DNA of 64,000 bases from Eledone cirrhosa (GCA_964016885.1 OZ024743.1:69998001-70062000), one strand, 5' to 3'; counted from the first letter of the stretch, positions 13,331 to 28,173 are shown. The notes: a model not told the origin generated them from the letters alone. Numbers and translations are program-made.

Positions 13331-14192
13331 CTAGCAGTAAAGCCCGTTTCTTGGCTTAAAATCTGTAGAGTCTACAGTGTAGACTTTCATGTGAGGCTTT
13401 TGATTAATATTCCCTCAACCAACAGTATGCCCTATGAATTTAAGAAAACATAACCATAACCCGAATGTTAAAACAAAAGAGGATGCTGGGGATAAAATCT
13501 GCACTGGTAATCTATTAACAAAAATCGAAAATGTAAACACTGCAACACTTGTCTCAGAGAAAAACATCAGCGTAACCAAACTATCGGTTATTTTGAAACA
13601 AAGAAATTGGATAGGCATGAAAAACAAAAAAGACAAAAATGCGTTATCTGTCTGTCGTTTAAAATCATTGCTTCTAAATGAAAATCTCATAAGGCTTTAT
13701 TCGAGATCAATGCTTTTTTTTTACAAAATATTTGCTTGTTTTACGGTGTATTAAAATAGGTTTGTTTTCAAGTAAAAATATTGTTTTAAAAGACTTTTTA
13801 ATGGAAATGAAGCAAAATGGAAGTTTAATATTGAAACTTCGAACTCATGAATTTTGCAGGTGAAAATTTTGCTGGTCCGAAAACTGTTCGCGTATTTTTG
13901 TACTTTTGCACGCGTCGTATATTCGTAACGTAAATAGATAGATAGAATCACCCCATAACAGGGCAATAACACGTGTCTCATCTCTATTTATACATTTGAA
14001 GTGAAAAATCAATACATTACAAATTCGATTGTTGCACTTGGCGTGGGTCGATTTGAAAATTCTTTTGACTGATGTCTCCGCCGGACCTTCATCTATAAGT
14101 GTAGAAATTTCACCGAAATTTGAACGTACTGTTTAGGAAGAGATGTGTACCGACAGTTTTAGAAGACAGATAGACAACCTCAGTTTTATATA
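13331..14192 (-). mobile_element. non-autonomous Helitron-like element
   Basis: 3' end CTAG at 13331 (plus strand CTAGCAGTAAAGCCCG); 5' end on the minus strand TATATATAAAACTGAGGTTGTCTATCTGTC. Same architecture as 17064-18052. Confidence 0.6.
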
Positions 14193-14202
14193 TATACATA
14201 TA

Positions 14203-14380
14203 TATAATGTTTAATATAGAAATTGCTTCTACCGGACTAGAACTGTTTCATTCGAAGGATGATTTCCTTCGAATAAAACAGTTCTAGACCTGTAGAAGCC
14301 ATTTGTTTATTAAACATTATATACTCTACTATGTATTGAGCACCTTTGTTACTGTGGTTACGCCCGATTGAACCCTGGAT
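14203..14380 (+). repeat. fold-back cassette with PLE-like 3' extension
   Basis: Arms about 14203-14259 and 14264-14322 containing GAAACAGTTCTAGTC; extension ACTCTACTATGTATTGAGCAC is shared (inverted) with 25480-25508. Confidence 0.75.
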
Positions 14381-15204
14381 ACACACACACACGTGTGTGT
14401 GTGTATATATATATGTGGGGCGGGGTCCCGATTATATATATTGCAGTTGTTTGTACAGTGAAACAGTGTGCTATTGACAATGACATTTATGAGACAAAAT
14501 ATTCCACAGACACCTGTAACCTTAAAATAGTCACCAGTGAGATTTTCAACGTAAACATAGAATTCATTCTTCTCGGCTGAAAAGACAGAAACAACACGAT
14601 ATAGTATGCTTTGCTGAAGGTGTCAATGCAGCACCAGGACTCGAAGTCACAACCTCACGACCTCGGGATTATAAGCCGTACACCCAATGCACAAAGCCAA
14701 GCCAACGCCTTCACGTTTGACTGTACATGGCATATTAATTACTAAAATAGGAACTGTATAATTATTTTTGTTTTCCATGAGAGAGAAACAATTGCGGAAG
14801 GTGGTAGTGTTAGATTCATCAGATAAAGAACTGTCTTTTCTTTAGTACAGGAATATAGTTGACTTTTTGACCAATTGACGCTGTGATGAAAATGACTCAC
14901 GCTAGAGCTGGACCATTAATAGAAGAGTAATGGAGTTGAGTTAATTGTAAAGGATCTTGTACTTTCACATTAGAAAGAGAGAAATATTGTAAGCCCACGT
15001 TGTTAATTAGCACTTTATCGATTATTGGTTCCTGTTGGTCAATCATGCAAAGAAATTCTCTAGTATATATTAAAACATTTACCTTTGCCCTTTCTCTCAC
15101 ACCAGGATTCACACATCTACAAATATACATACACAGACACATTAACACACATCATAAATATGAATATGACTAAATATGTATACACCCCCTACACTCACAA
15201 CAGA

Positions 15205-16002
<798 letters not shown>

Positions 16003-16578
16003 GGCAAGAGAGGGAGGTGGAGATAAAAGCACAGAGAGAACGCAGGAGAAAGCTATAGAGAACAAAGCAACCTCCATTGATGGATACAGGGTGAGATCAA
16101 AAGTCCATAGCAAACATAGTCTAGCTAAGTTTCAAATCTAAACAACATGTGACATTCTACAGTTGCTATGGTAACTAGCTTGTCTGTTGTTTCATGTCTT
16201 TGTAGAGAAACGGTTGCAGTAGTAGCAATAATAATCAAATATAGAGTTATTGATTTTGCTGAGGGGTGGGGTAGGAGTTGGTTCTTTTCTAATTTTTTGT
16301 TGCTATTTTTTGGTCTCCTTAATATGTAGGAAATATATGAGAAAGGATAGTAGAGGTAGAGATTGAGAGAGATGTAGAGAGAGGTGGAGAAATCGGGGGC
16401 CATGGTAAAAGTTTTGGTATGTGCACGAGAGAGAGAGAGGGGGTACACACACACACACACTTATATATATATATGTATTATATGTTTATGTATATGCATA
16501 TATAAGCATATATATATATATATGTGTGTGTGTGTTTGTATGCGTGAGTGTATGTATATATTTATGCATATCTATGTG

Positions 16579-16674
<96 letters not shown>

Positions 16675-16689
16675 GAAATGGAGATAGAT

Positions 16690-16720
<31 letters not shown>

Positions 16721-16869
16721 GGCGTATGGAAAAAGAGTGACACTGTTTTTTACTTTAATCTTGATGTGTATGGCAGAGAATAACCTGGCCAAGATTTCAC
16801 TCATACCTGATAACTGATCGATCGATAGGATACCTGTTTACATGTCTATGAAATTGATTAATAGCAATG

Positions 16870-17060
16870 TGAGTCATTCCCTTTGAGACAGTCACTTAAA
16901 TAACACCACATCACCTATTGCCCTTCACTTTAACTCACCTGATCACAGTATTTCCCACCTCTCAGTCTGTGCTGTTCTCTTACATTGTGTCTCAAATACT
17001 TCTAGTAATCTCAGGAATATCGTCTCATTTTTTCGGCTGTTGGCTCTGATACTTTAGTTT
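16870..17060 (+). mobile_element. Neptune-type PLE GIY-YIG endonuclease C-terminal fragment
   Basis: Reads PIALHFNSPDHSISHLSVCAVL from 16914, then QEYRLIF; cut by the Helitron at 17064. Confidence 0.6.
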
Positions 17061-17063
17061 AAA

Positions 17064-17661
17064 CTAGCAGAATGGCCCGGCGTTGCTCGGAATTTGCTCT
17101 AGGGTTCCTATATAGTTGATATATATTTATCCTTCTCGAGCCTCGTGAAGTAAATACGTTTGTTTATATTTTGTTATTGTGTATGCAAAAATATCTGTAC
17201 ACGAATATATAAATAACAGTGCAGAGAAGTACAGAATACCTCAGCCTCGGGTTGGTGTCTACATTTTGTGGTTATAAAAAAAATTCGTCGTACATTACCA
17301 GGGTTTTTTTCCGTTCGAAAAAAATCAATATTTTATCGCGAAATAAAAACTTTTGTTTATATGTGTATGCAAAAAATCTGTACACGACTATATAATTATA
17401 TATATATATAAATGAAAGTGCAGCATATTCGAAGCTCGAGCCGCAGCTAAGCCGACTGCCTTCAGCAGTGCAGCCAAGCACTCGACAAGACTCAGAGTAA
17501 TAACATACAGTTTAAAGGGCTTTGCAAATATATATATATTAAAATAAGAGATTAAAGTTTAAGCAAAGAATCGCTGCTTTCACCCTTAACGGGATCTTCT
17601 GAAACTAAAATAATAAATCTGTGAACGCAGAAGTAAATATTTCGAAAAACGTTACACATTA

Positions 17662-17720
<59 letters not shown>

Positions 17721-18052
17721 TATATATATATACATATATATATATACACACACACACACCGCGTCATAATGACGTAATGCAGCCAGCCAGGCATACAGAC
17801 AGATATTATAATGGCGCAACGTTATATCTATGTATCTATCTAAAAAGGAGAAAGACTAAGAATTATAGAGAGAATTCGCTAAATCGCCTAATGCGGTCCC
17901 TAGGGCATTGAAAATTTGAAATTTGTTGTGCTCAAAACACTCACGGGACCGTAAATATTACATGTGTAAAATTTGAAAAAGCTCGGTTGGGTGGTTCTCG
18001 AGTTTTAGTGATTGGACAGACAGACAGACATTCTCTGTTTTAGTAATATAGA
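17064..18052 (-). mobile_element. non-autonomous Helitron-like element
   Basis: Minus strand starts TCTATATTACTAAAACAGAGAATGTCTGTCTG and ends with a hairpin CCGAGCAACGCCGGG followed by CTGCTAG|T. Confidence 0.75.
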
Positions 18053-18088
18053 CTAGCAGAAAACCACTCGGGGGCGGTTTTCTGCTAG

Positions 18089-18362
18089 TCTATATATCTA
18101 AAACAGAGAATGTCTGTCTGTCTGTCAGCTCACTAAAACTTGAGAACCATCCAACCGATTGTTTTCAAACTTTAGACATGTAATACTTATGGTCCTGTGA
18201 GTGTTTTGAGCAAAAATTATTTCGAATTTTCAATGCCCTAGGGACCGCATTAGGCGATTTAGCGTTCTCTCTATATAATTCTTAGTCTTTCTTTTTAGAT
18301 AGATACATAGATATAACGTTGCGCCCTTATAATATATGTCTGCATTACGTCATTATGACGCG
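18089..18362 (+). mobile_element. second Helitron-like copy (5' part), inverted relative to the first
   Basis: Starts TCTATATATCTAAAACAGAGAATGTCTGTCTG; reverse complement of 17761-18052. Confidence 0.75.
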
Positions 18363-19651
18363 CTCAGCGCGATTCCCTCGGCCTCAGTGACCAAAGTCAG
18401 TGGAGAGGGGAAGGTAATGTTTCTGTAGCACGTGTTTTAGCGTCTATTCACTCTCTCTCTCTCCTTCTCTTCCTCCCGCTATTCCCCTCTCGTAGTCTGT
18501 CTCTTTCTTTCACTCTCACTCTCTCTCTACGCACGTGTTTCCACTGTCGGACAGACAGATAGACAAATTGCTGGTTATATATATAAGTAGATAATGTAGT
18601 AACGTTTAGATAACTTCGTTTTATTAGCCTTTCATTTTGTACCTTATCCCCACCCATACTTTCATCCTGCTCCCTACCACAACACACCTCTATATATATA
18701 TGCACCTCAAAGACTGCATACCCCAATTTCTCACGTCTGTACATCCATATAGCAACATATAATTGCACATACATACATCATCACACAAATATACTCACTA
18801 ACTCAACACGTGTTCATAACTCTAAATATACACATTTATCTACACAAAATACCCAACTGTCAATTGTACACACCTTGTTTATCATACAGATCCCTATATT
18901 TTTCCTTACCCAACTCCCTTTCATCCTTTTACTTTTCTCTTTGCCCCTTCCAACTTATCCCATTATCTAGTTCGACCCCTATTCCCATCGTTACGTGTAT
19001 ACTTGTACAATTCTGCAAACAAACATCTTCTCCCTTCTCTCTCCCCTCCCTCTTGTTCACTCTCTCTCTCTGTCTCCTCATGAATCCATGCCACTTTCCA
19101 CGTCCCCACTCCTACTCCCTGCCTCCCTACTACTATTTGCACTTACTGTCGTATTGTATGTTTGTCCACTTCCTGTCCTAACAGTCAAACATCTCCCATT
19201 CTACTTGATGTAACCATTTAGAACACAACTGATCTTCAGTACAACATCGTGTCTAGAACGTTTCTTATTTCCTGTTTTATCGTTTTCTTATTCTACTGTC
19301 ATTAATGGTTTGAACAGAAACGTCAAATAGATTTTTCTCTTTCTATTCGACGTAAATATTGAACATAGTTCATATCTTTATATATATTTTATCAACCAGT
19401 TGTCTTCTTTATTCATTTCTTCGGTTTTTTGTTTCCCGTTTTAAACTCTCGTATTTTAACCGTGCGTTCCATTGTCCGTTTGTGTCATCTTTATTTACAT
19501 TCACTTATACATACATACATAAATATCGGCAGAATTTCATGCACATATATGTAATACATATATACATACCCACACATACATAAAATGCACACACATACCT
19601 ATATACACACATAAATACATACATACATACATATATACATACATATATACA

Positions 19652-19682
<31 letters not shown>

Positions 19683-20658
19683 ATACAAACATACATACAT
19701 ATGTGTGTCTGTATTGTATTCATATTATGATTTCAATTAAGTCGATGATACAGAACAATATTATGATTAGACGTGGTTTCATCTGTGACATTTTAAAAAT
19801 TGCAATAGAGACCACTTGTAATGATATTGTTTGTATAGCGACAGAGATGGAGTGTGATGATGGATGATTATATCTGTGTTTTAGATAGGCTTGACTTCAA
19901 GGTAGTTCAATAAATCACTAAATTAGACTGCTTAGAATATACAAGATGATTGCTGCTGTTATAACGATCAAAGGTAAAAGGTGAAATGAGATCAAAATGA
20001 AATCAAATAAATAAATAAATTTAGTAAAATGAATAAATACCATCAAATGAGGTGAAATAATTGAAATTCTATAAAAGTTGTATAAAAAAATACATATTTA
20101 ATGGTACATGAAATACAGAACGATACATTGTAATGAAATGATGTGTTATACAAATATGGTATATCTTTGTGTTCTGCAGAAAACCATTGGGCGAGAAGGC
20201 AATGTCAATCGTCTGGATAATAGTATGTTCAACATTTCGTGGGTGGTTTATTTATGATTTAGTTAATTTAGTAAGGCTAGTAGTGTAAGGTAAGGTGAGC
20301 AGATATTAAACTCGTTACTATGTCTGATAGAATGTTTTGCTGTATCCATTCCGCTGCTTTGCATTCTAAGTTCAAATCCTGCCGAAGTTAACATTGTCTT
20401 TGTCGTATATTGAACTCGTATTGAGTGTTATCTAACAAGTGCTGTGTAATTGTTTAATTATTCAACGACAGCCAATCATATCACAATTATTTGATTCACG
20501 TGTGCTCGTGTGTTTTCCCTATATATGCTTCAGTTAAACAGGTTTACACAATTCTATCCAACAGGTTCGAAGTATAGTCTTACGGTTTGAGGAGTACAAA
20601 ATTCTTTCTGGCCGCACAGAATTAGGTTTGGTGTTATTATTATTATATGCTCGCTTAA

Positions 20659-20869
20659 GGGCGGGGGATTGGCAGTATCGGTAGGGGGTCGGACGCGATA
20701 CTTTCTAGATAGAGTTACGGCCATTTATGATCGGAGTTCAAATCCCACTGAGGTTAACTTTGTCTTTCATACTTACGGGGGCGATAAAATAAAGCAACAG
20801 TAACGTACTGGGGTCGATTCAATCGACTCCCCGCCCCCTCCAAATTACTGGCCTTGCATCTATTATTAT
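20659..20869 (+). mobile_element. tRNA-derived SINE family A
   Basis: GGCGGGGGATTGGCAGTATCGGTAG, GAGTTCAAATCCC, GATAAAATAAAG, GGCCTTG. Confidence 0.85.
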
Positions 20870-21155
20870 AGCCTCGCTTCAGTTAAATAGTTCTAGTTTA
20901 TTGTGCTTCATTGTGTCGAAATAGAAATTTGAAAATTACCGTCCCTTGTTTAGTTACCTACGCACTCACCTTTATCCTTCCCACGTAAATAAAAATAATT
21001 TACCGGTCTTGAATTGCTTTCGATTCTTCCTCTATATTACTATATTACTATCTCACTTCTTCCCTATCACTCTCCTTTCTTCTCTGGAAGAAATCGACTG
21101 TATGTTTCAGTGTATGCATGTTAACGTTTCCATATAGAACAGAAGATAAGAAGTC

Positions 21156-21340
21156 ACATGGCTTGGTAGTTCAGCCTACGATCTCAATGTCGCGAACTCG
21201 ATTCCCGGTGAAGCATTGTATCCTTGAGCAAGACACTTTATTCCATAGTGCTCCAGTCAACTCTGCTGGTAAAAATTAGCTGTACCTGTAATTCAAAAGG
21301 CCAGCCTTGCCACACAGTGTGTCACATTGAATTTCCCTCT
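21156..21340 (+). mobile_element. SINE family B, 5' part
   Basis: TGGCTTGGTAGT A-box, ACTCGATTCCC B-box, TCCTTGAGCAAGACACTTTAT. Confidence 0.7.
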
Positions 21341-21993
21341 AAGCCAGTTTCATGATGGCATCTGATCGGTACAATAGCGAGAACTGCAAAACGTTTTGTG
21401 GTATTCAAACCGGATCTCCTCGCTTAGAGTTCAAATCTCTACAAGGTTCATGCTGCTTTTCTCCCTTCCGAGATTGATAAATAAATTACCAGTCATGTGC
21501 TGGGTCGTTCTTCCTCTATAACACTTTATCACTTCCTCTTCCCCTCCCTCCACCACACTGGAAGAAATTAGTTTTGTTAAGACCTGTTTAGGAGATGGGT
21601 CTACCAGGTTCTAATATCCCAAGAAGAGACAGTGCCTCTACAACGCCATCAGGTGTTGCGTGTTAATACATACATTAACCTTCATATGTTAATGTTTCAA
21701 GATAGAGCATAAGAATTATCATAAACATGTACAGTGTATTGTGGTGATAGATAAAGTTCACAATTTAAATTCATAGCAGCTGAAGTGCTGACTGGAACAT
21801 CGGAGATTTAAACATCTCAAATACAGATTAATAGGTTCAAATCTTGACTTAGTTTTGTCATTTTTTTAAATTCTAGTCAAAATGTAATATGATGTGTTCT
21901 ATATATTTTCAAGAGGAGAAATATAATGTAATAAATTTAAGAGTTGGATGTTTGAATGAAATACAAGCTTATATCATTTAGTGTTGCCTGGTT

Positions 21994-22946
21994 GACTGTA
22001 CCTCACTGTGATATATCTGTGAGTGTACCACAACTGGGTAGTTCTAAGACTGTACCACACTGTGATATATCTGTGACTGTACCACACCTGGGTAGCTCTG
22101 AGACTGTACCACAACTGGGTAGCTCTGAGACTGTACCACACTGGGGTAGCTCTGAGACTGTACCACACCTAGGTAGCTCTGAGACTGTACCACAACTGGG
22201 TAGCTCTGAGACTGTACCACACTGGGGTAGCTCTGAGACTGTACCACACTGTGATATATCTGTGAGTGTACCACAACTGGGTAGCTCTGTGACTGTACCA
22301 CACTGTGATATATCTGTGACTGTACCACACCTGAGTAGCTCTGAGACTGTACCACACCTGGGTAGCTCTGAGACTGTACCACACCTGGGTAGCTCTGAGA
22401 CTGTACCACAACTGGGTAGCTCTGAGACTGTACCACACCTGGGTAGCTCTGAGATTGTACCACACTGGGGTAGCTCTGAGACTGTACCACACCTGGGTAG
22501 CTCTGAGACTGTACCACACCGGGGTAGCTCTGAGACTGTACCACACCGGGGTAGCTCTGAGACTGTACCACACCTGGGTAGCTCTGAGACTGTACCACAC
22601 TGGGGTAGCTCTGAGACTGTACCACACTGTGATATATCTGTGACAGTACCACACCTGGGTAGCTCTGAAACTGTACCACACCTGGGTAGCTCTGAGACTG
22701 TACCACACTGTGATATATCTGTGAGTGTACCACACCTGGGTAGCTCTGAGACTGTACCTCACTGTGATATATATCTGAGACTGTACCACACCTGGGTAGC
22801 TCTGAGACTGTACCACACTGGAGTAGCTCTGAGACTGTACCACACTGGGGTAGCTCTGAGACTGTACCACACCTGGGTAGCTCTGAGACTGTCCCACATT
22901 TGGGTAGCTCTGAGACTGTACCACACCTGGGTAACTCTGAGACTGT
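21994..22946. repeat. 27-bp minisatellite A (about 35 units)
   Basis: Unit GACTGTACCACACCTGGGTAGCTCTGA with variant GACTGTACCACACTGTGATATATCTGT. Confidence 0.95.
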
Positions 22947-22952
22947 AACAGA

Positions 22953-24095
22953 TTGTATCACCCTGTCGTACCTGTTTCACTGTATCACACTTTGGTGCCT
23001 GCTTCACTGTATCCCACTTTGGTACCTGCTTCACTGTATCACACTGTGGTACCTGCTTCACTGTATCACACTGTGGTACCTGCTTCACTGTATCACACTG
23101 TGATACCTCCTTTACTGTATCACACTGTGGTACCTGCTTCACTGTATCACACTGTAGTACCTGCTTCACTGTATCACACTGTGGTACCTGCTTCACTGTA
23201 TCACACTGTGGTACCTGCTTCACTGTATCACACTGTGATACCTCCTTTACTGTATCACACTGTGGTACCTGCTTCACTGTATCACACTGTGGTACCTGCT
23301 TCATTGTACCATACTGTGGTACCTGCTTCACTGTATCACTCTGTGGTACCTGCTTCATTGTACCATACTGTGGTACCTGCTTCACTGAATCACACTGTGG
23401 TACCTGCTTCATTGTACCATACTGTGGTACCTGCTTCACTGTATCACACTGTGGTACCTGCTTCATTGTACCATACTGTGGTACCTGCTTCACTGTATCA
23501 CACTGTGGTACCTGCTTCATTGTAGCATACTGTGGTACCTGCTTCACTGTATCACTCTGTGGTACCTGCTTCATTGTACCATACTGTGGTACCTGCTTCA
23601 CTGTATCACTCTGTGGTACCTGCTTCATTGTATCACACTGTGGTACCTGCTTCACTGTATCACACTGTGGTACCTGCTTCATTGTACCATACTGTGGTAC
23701 CTGCTTCACTGTATCACTCTGTGGTACCTGCTTCATTGTACCATACTGTGGTACCTGCTTCACTGTATCACACTGTGGTACCTGCTTCATTGTACCATAC
23801 TGTGGTACCTGCTTCACTGTATCACACTGTGGTACCTGCTTCATTGTACCATACTGTGGTACCTGCTTCACTGTATCACACTGTGGTACCTGCTTCAATG
23901 TATCATACTGTGGTACCTGCTTCACTGTATCACACTGTGGTACCTGCTTCAATGTATCATACTGTGGTACCTGCTTCAATGTATCACTCTGTGGTACCTG
24001 CTTCATTGTATCACACTGTGGTACCTGCTTCACTGTATCACACTGTGGTACCTGCTTCACTGTATCACACTGTGGTACCTGCTTCACTGTATCAC
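22953..24095. repeat. 27-bp minisatellite B (about 42 units)
   Basis: Unit CTGTATCACACTGTGGTACCTGCTTCA, alternating with TTGTACCATACTGTGGTACCTGCTTCA. Confidence 0.95.
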
Positions 24096-24383
24096 GTTAT
24101 AGTGCCTGACATACTGTACCACGTCCTAGTAACTCTGAAATTGTACCACACTGTGGTAACTGTAATGTAGCTTGGGACGATGTTATACATGTTGGAACGT
24201 ATAACAAGATTAGATTTACCTATTCAAGGTACATAAATTGCCTGCACTACATGAACATACAAATGTCAATATTCATATGTGAACTGTTGATCACTTCCAT
24301 CTAATTATGGGACCTCATCTCATTTATTTGACAATCCCTTTATTCTGCGTGGCTGACTAACAACAAATGTTGATTTTATTTAC

Positions 24384-24384
<1 letters not shown>

Positions 24385-24419
<35 letters not shown>

Positions 24420-24800
24420 GGACCCAATATTCTACATTGCTTCCCACTCCTTCTATCTCAACCTTACTCAATTTATTCTCTCTCTCTCTCTGACCCAATA
24501 TCTCTACATTGCCCCCCATTCCTTCTATCTCTACCGCACTCCATTTATTATCTCTCTCTTTCTCTCTCTCTTTCCCTTTCTCTCTCTCTCCCCCTCTCTC
24601 TCTCTCCCCCTCTCCCTCTCGCCCTCTCTCTATCCCCCCCCTCTCTCTCCCTCTCTCTCTCTCTGAGGGTGTTTCTTTGTTTCCGTGTCTATCTCTCACT
24701 CACACCCTCTCAATTTCACCTCACTCCTTCTTCCTCTCCATGACAGCTTCTCCTTATCTCTCTCTGTCACACTCTCTCTCACTCTCTCCCTCTCCCTCCC

Positions 24801-24841
<41 letters not shown>

Positions 24842-25430
24842 ATCTTAATCAGCAACCAAGCTCTCCTCACTTCAACGATGCTTTTCTACGTTTCCATTGA
24901 TCAATCTCATCCTCTTCTCTCTCTCCCTCTCCCCTTCCTCTTTCTCTCTCTCTCCCTCTACCTTTTCCTCGCTCTCCGTTTCCCCTTCCTCACTCTCTTC
25001 CCTCTTCCTCTCCCCTTCTTTTCCACCACTCTCTCCTCCCTCTCCCCCGTCTCTCTCTCCTCTCTCCACCTTTCTATCCCATATTTATCCTACTCTCTCC
25101 CCTATTTCTACCACTCTCTCTCCTTCTCTCACTCTTTCTTTTCTCCCTCCTCTCTGTCCCTCTCTCCACCCCACCCTCACCCTCTACAATCCAATTTCAG
25201 TCACATATACTTCACCTTCTCTATCTCCATTCTGGCCATTTTTATTCAAATTGTTTCTTCCCCTCCCTCTCTCAACTGACCTCTCCCCACCCCCATTATT
25301 CCCCCTTCTCATATTCTTATATTTCTCCTTGATTTTTATATTTTATAATTTTCTCTCTCATGCTTCCTCTTACTTTCCCTCAGACTTCCTCTCTTCCCCC
25401 ATGCCCCTCGCTTTCTTCAATCAATCTATC
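24385..25430. repeat. polypyrimidine (CT-rich) low-complexity tract
   Basis: (CT)n, (TATC)n and C/T-rich sequence. Confidence 0.85.
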
Positions 25431-25513
25431 TATATAACAAAGGAATTGTGGTAAGGAAGCAGATGGACCATAACGCACCAGAGTACTCAATACTTAGGGT
25501 AGTAGAGTGGGAA

Positions 25514-25627
25514 ATAGGAAAAAGTATGACCCCGACGGCAGAGCTCAATCTATTTCTGGACTCAGAGTCAAGAAATAGCCGTCGAAACGGCTTGAGCTCT
25601 GCCCCGTCGGGTCATACTTTTTCCTAT
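25514..25627. repeat. fold-back cassette; partial homologue at 13247-13305
   Basis: ATAGGAAAAAGTATGACC...GAGCTCAA / TTGAGCTC...GGTCATACTTTTTCCTAT, with inner hairpin GCCGTCGAAACGGC. Confidence 0.85.
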
Positions 25628-26034
25628 CTATATATCTATATCTATATTTCCTTTCACACATTATCACTTTTCCCTCTTCCTCTCTCAATAACACCCTTTT
25701 TATCTCTTCTATTCTCAAAACTAACCCCCTCACAATGCGACTCCTCTCTCCCTCTCTCACTCGCACTGCCAGCCTCTATTCTTCTATACCAAGTGTGGTA
25801 TACCGCAAAGAAACAGAATTAACATAATGCGACGATAATAGAACAATACTAACAATAATAATAATAATGATAATAATCCAAAGCGGTGAGGAAAGGCCTT
25901 AGCGTTTGTAACTTTTGAAGTTGTAAATCTTTTAGTTGAAAAGATAAAAGAAAATAGCCGCAAATTATTATACATTAAATAGTAAAGAAATCATTACTGC
26001 GGATTCTTTCACAATGAATATCGACTCACACACA

Positions 26035-26765
<731 letters not shown>

Positions 26766-26883
26766 CACAAACAGACACACACGCAGTTTTATATAACTTC
26801 AAACATGGGCGCATAGAAACGTATGTACAATTTTGTGCGTCCTCAAGTGAATATATATTTGTATATATATATACACACACAGA

Positions 26884-26969
<86 letters not shown>

Positions 26970-27015
26970 ATATCCGTAGTGGTAGAGCACTCAGACCATG
27001 GGACGAGTTGGGTAC

Positions 27016-27157
27016 AAGTGGTAACACAACAGTTAGTTCACCATACCGAGAACAATTATTTCACCTTAGCGGATCCTCAGCTCGTAATCCGAGCTGAGGC
27101 TCCGCTAAGGTGAAACAATTGTTCTCGGTATGGCGAACTAACTGTTGTGTTACCACT

Positions 27158-27158
<1 letters not shown>
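27016..27158. ncRNA. fold-back cassette with a minimal hammerhead-like motif in each arm
   Basis: Plus arm CCGAG-CTGAGGC-TCC-GCTAA-GGT-GAAA-CAATTG-TT-CTCGG; the minus arm has canonical CTGAGGA. Arms 27016-27084 and 27090-27158. Confidence 0.7.
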
Positions 27159-27174
<16 letters not shown>

Positions 27175-27189
<15 letters not shown>

Positions 27190-27568
27190 AATGAAATATT
27201 GTGTACAGTGCTCAGGTGCAGTACAACTCATCAAAAAGTGTATGTATAGTACATAGGGTAATGTACAAACGTCAGGAAAATGAAGAGTGCATGTGTCATG
27301 ATATACACATGTGTGCATGTGTATGGAAGGGGTACATCAGGTGTAGTTTTGACGAATTTCGGGAAGCATGAGGGTTTTAAAGGATGCAGTGTCTCGGCAG
27401 CCAACACCTGACGCAGGCAGTTTGTTCCATGCTTCAGCAACTCTGAGCGTGAAAAAATGTTTCCGAAAGTGATGGGAGCTGTGCTGTTTTCTGATTTTGT
27501 AGGCATGTCCACGAGTGTTAGACACATGGAGATCAAAAAGGTGATCAGGTTTGTTGTTGGCGAGATGG

Positions 27569-27572
<4 letters not shown>
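27175..27572 (-). mobile_element. CR1-clade LINE 3' end with (TTA)n tail
   Basis: NTRGHAYKIRKQH...RKHFFTLRVAEAWNKLP...SFK is the CR1 ORF2 terminal motif. Confidence 0.85.
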
Positions 27573-27625
<53 letters not shown>

Positions 27626-28173
27626 TGAAAGTAAGTTAAACGATTTTTTACTTTTAATTGTTTTTTTTTATATGCACTCTTTTTCCTGCTACTAATTTTA
27701 TCTCGCACTCTTTTAAGAATTAGACTGGTTATCTACGCACGTGGCTGACACATTTCAGCTCGCTACTACATTGCTATATAATGGATGATAGCATGTAAAG
27801 TCCGTAAAGGTTCTTGGCACTACCATTGTTACCATCGCTTTCCTCTAGCCATGGGGCTTGGAGACATGAACCGAATGCTACCATTCTATTTTATATCAAT
27901 GTGAACTGCTATTTCTAATGGCCATCTTTTCACCCCTTGATAATTTGTGTGTGAGACACGTTGGCTGAATGCTTCTGACAGGAACTAAAATATTGATTCT
28001 TTTTAGCTTCCCGTCCCCACGTAAAGTTTGTAAATCAGTGGCTAGTTGAGAGATAGAGTCCTATCGGTTGCCAGTTGCTAATCGCTTTATCGTGTCGGTT
28101 GTCACAAACAGCCATGACCGGCATGGGCTGGTGTTTGGATTCTGTTGATCGATTGGTTATTGATTAGGCGATA

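Noticed and set aside
21994-24095. CRISPR-like array
   Set aside because: Units are contiguous with no unique spacers, there are no cas genes, and the context is eukaryotic.
24509-25454. Ser/Leu/Pro-rich ORFs
   Set aside because: A CT-rich tract lacks stop codons by composition.
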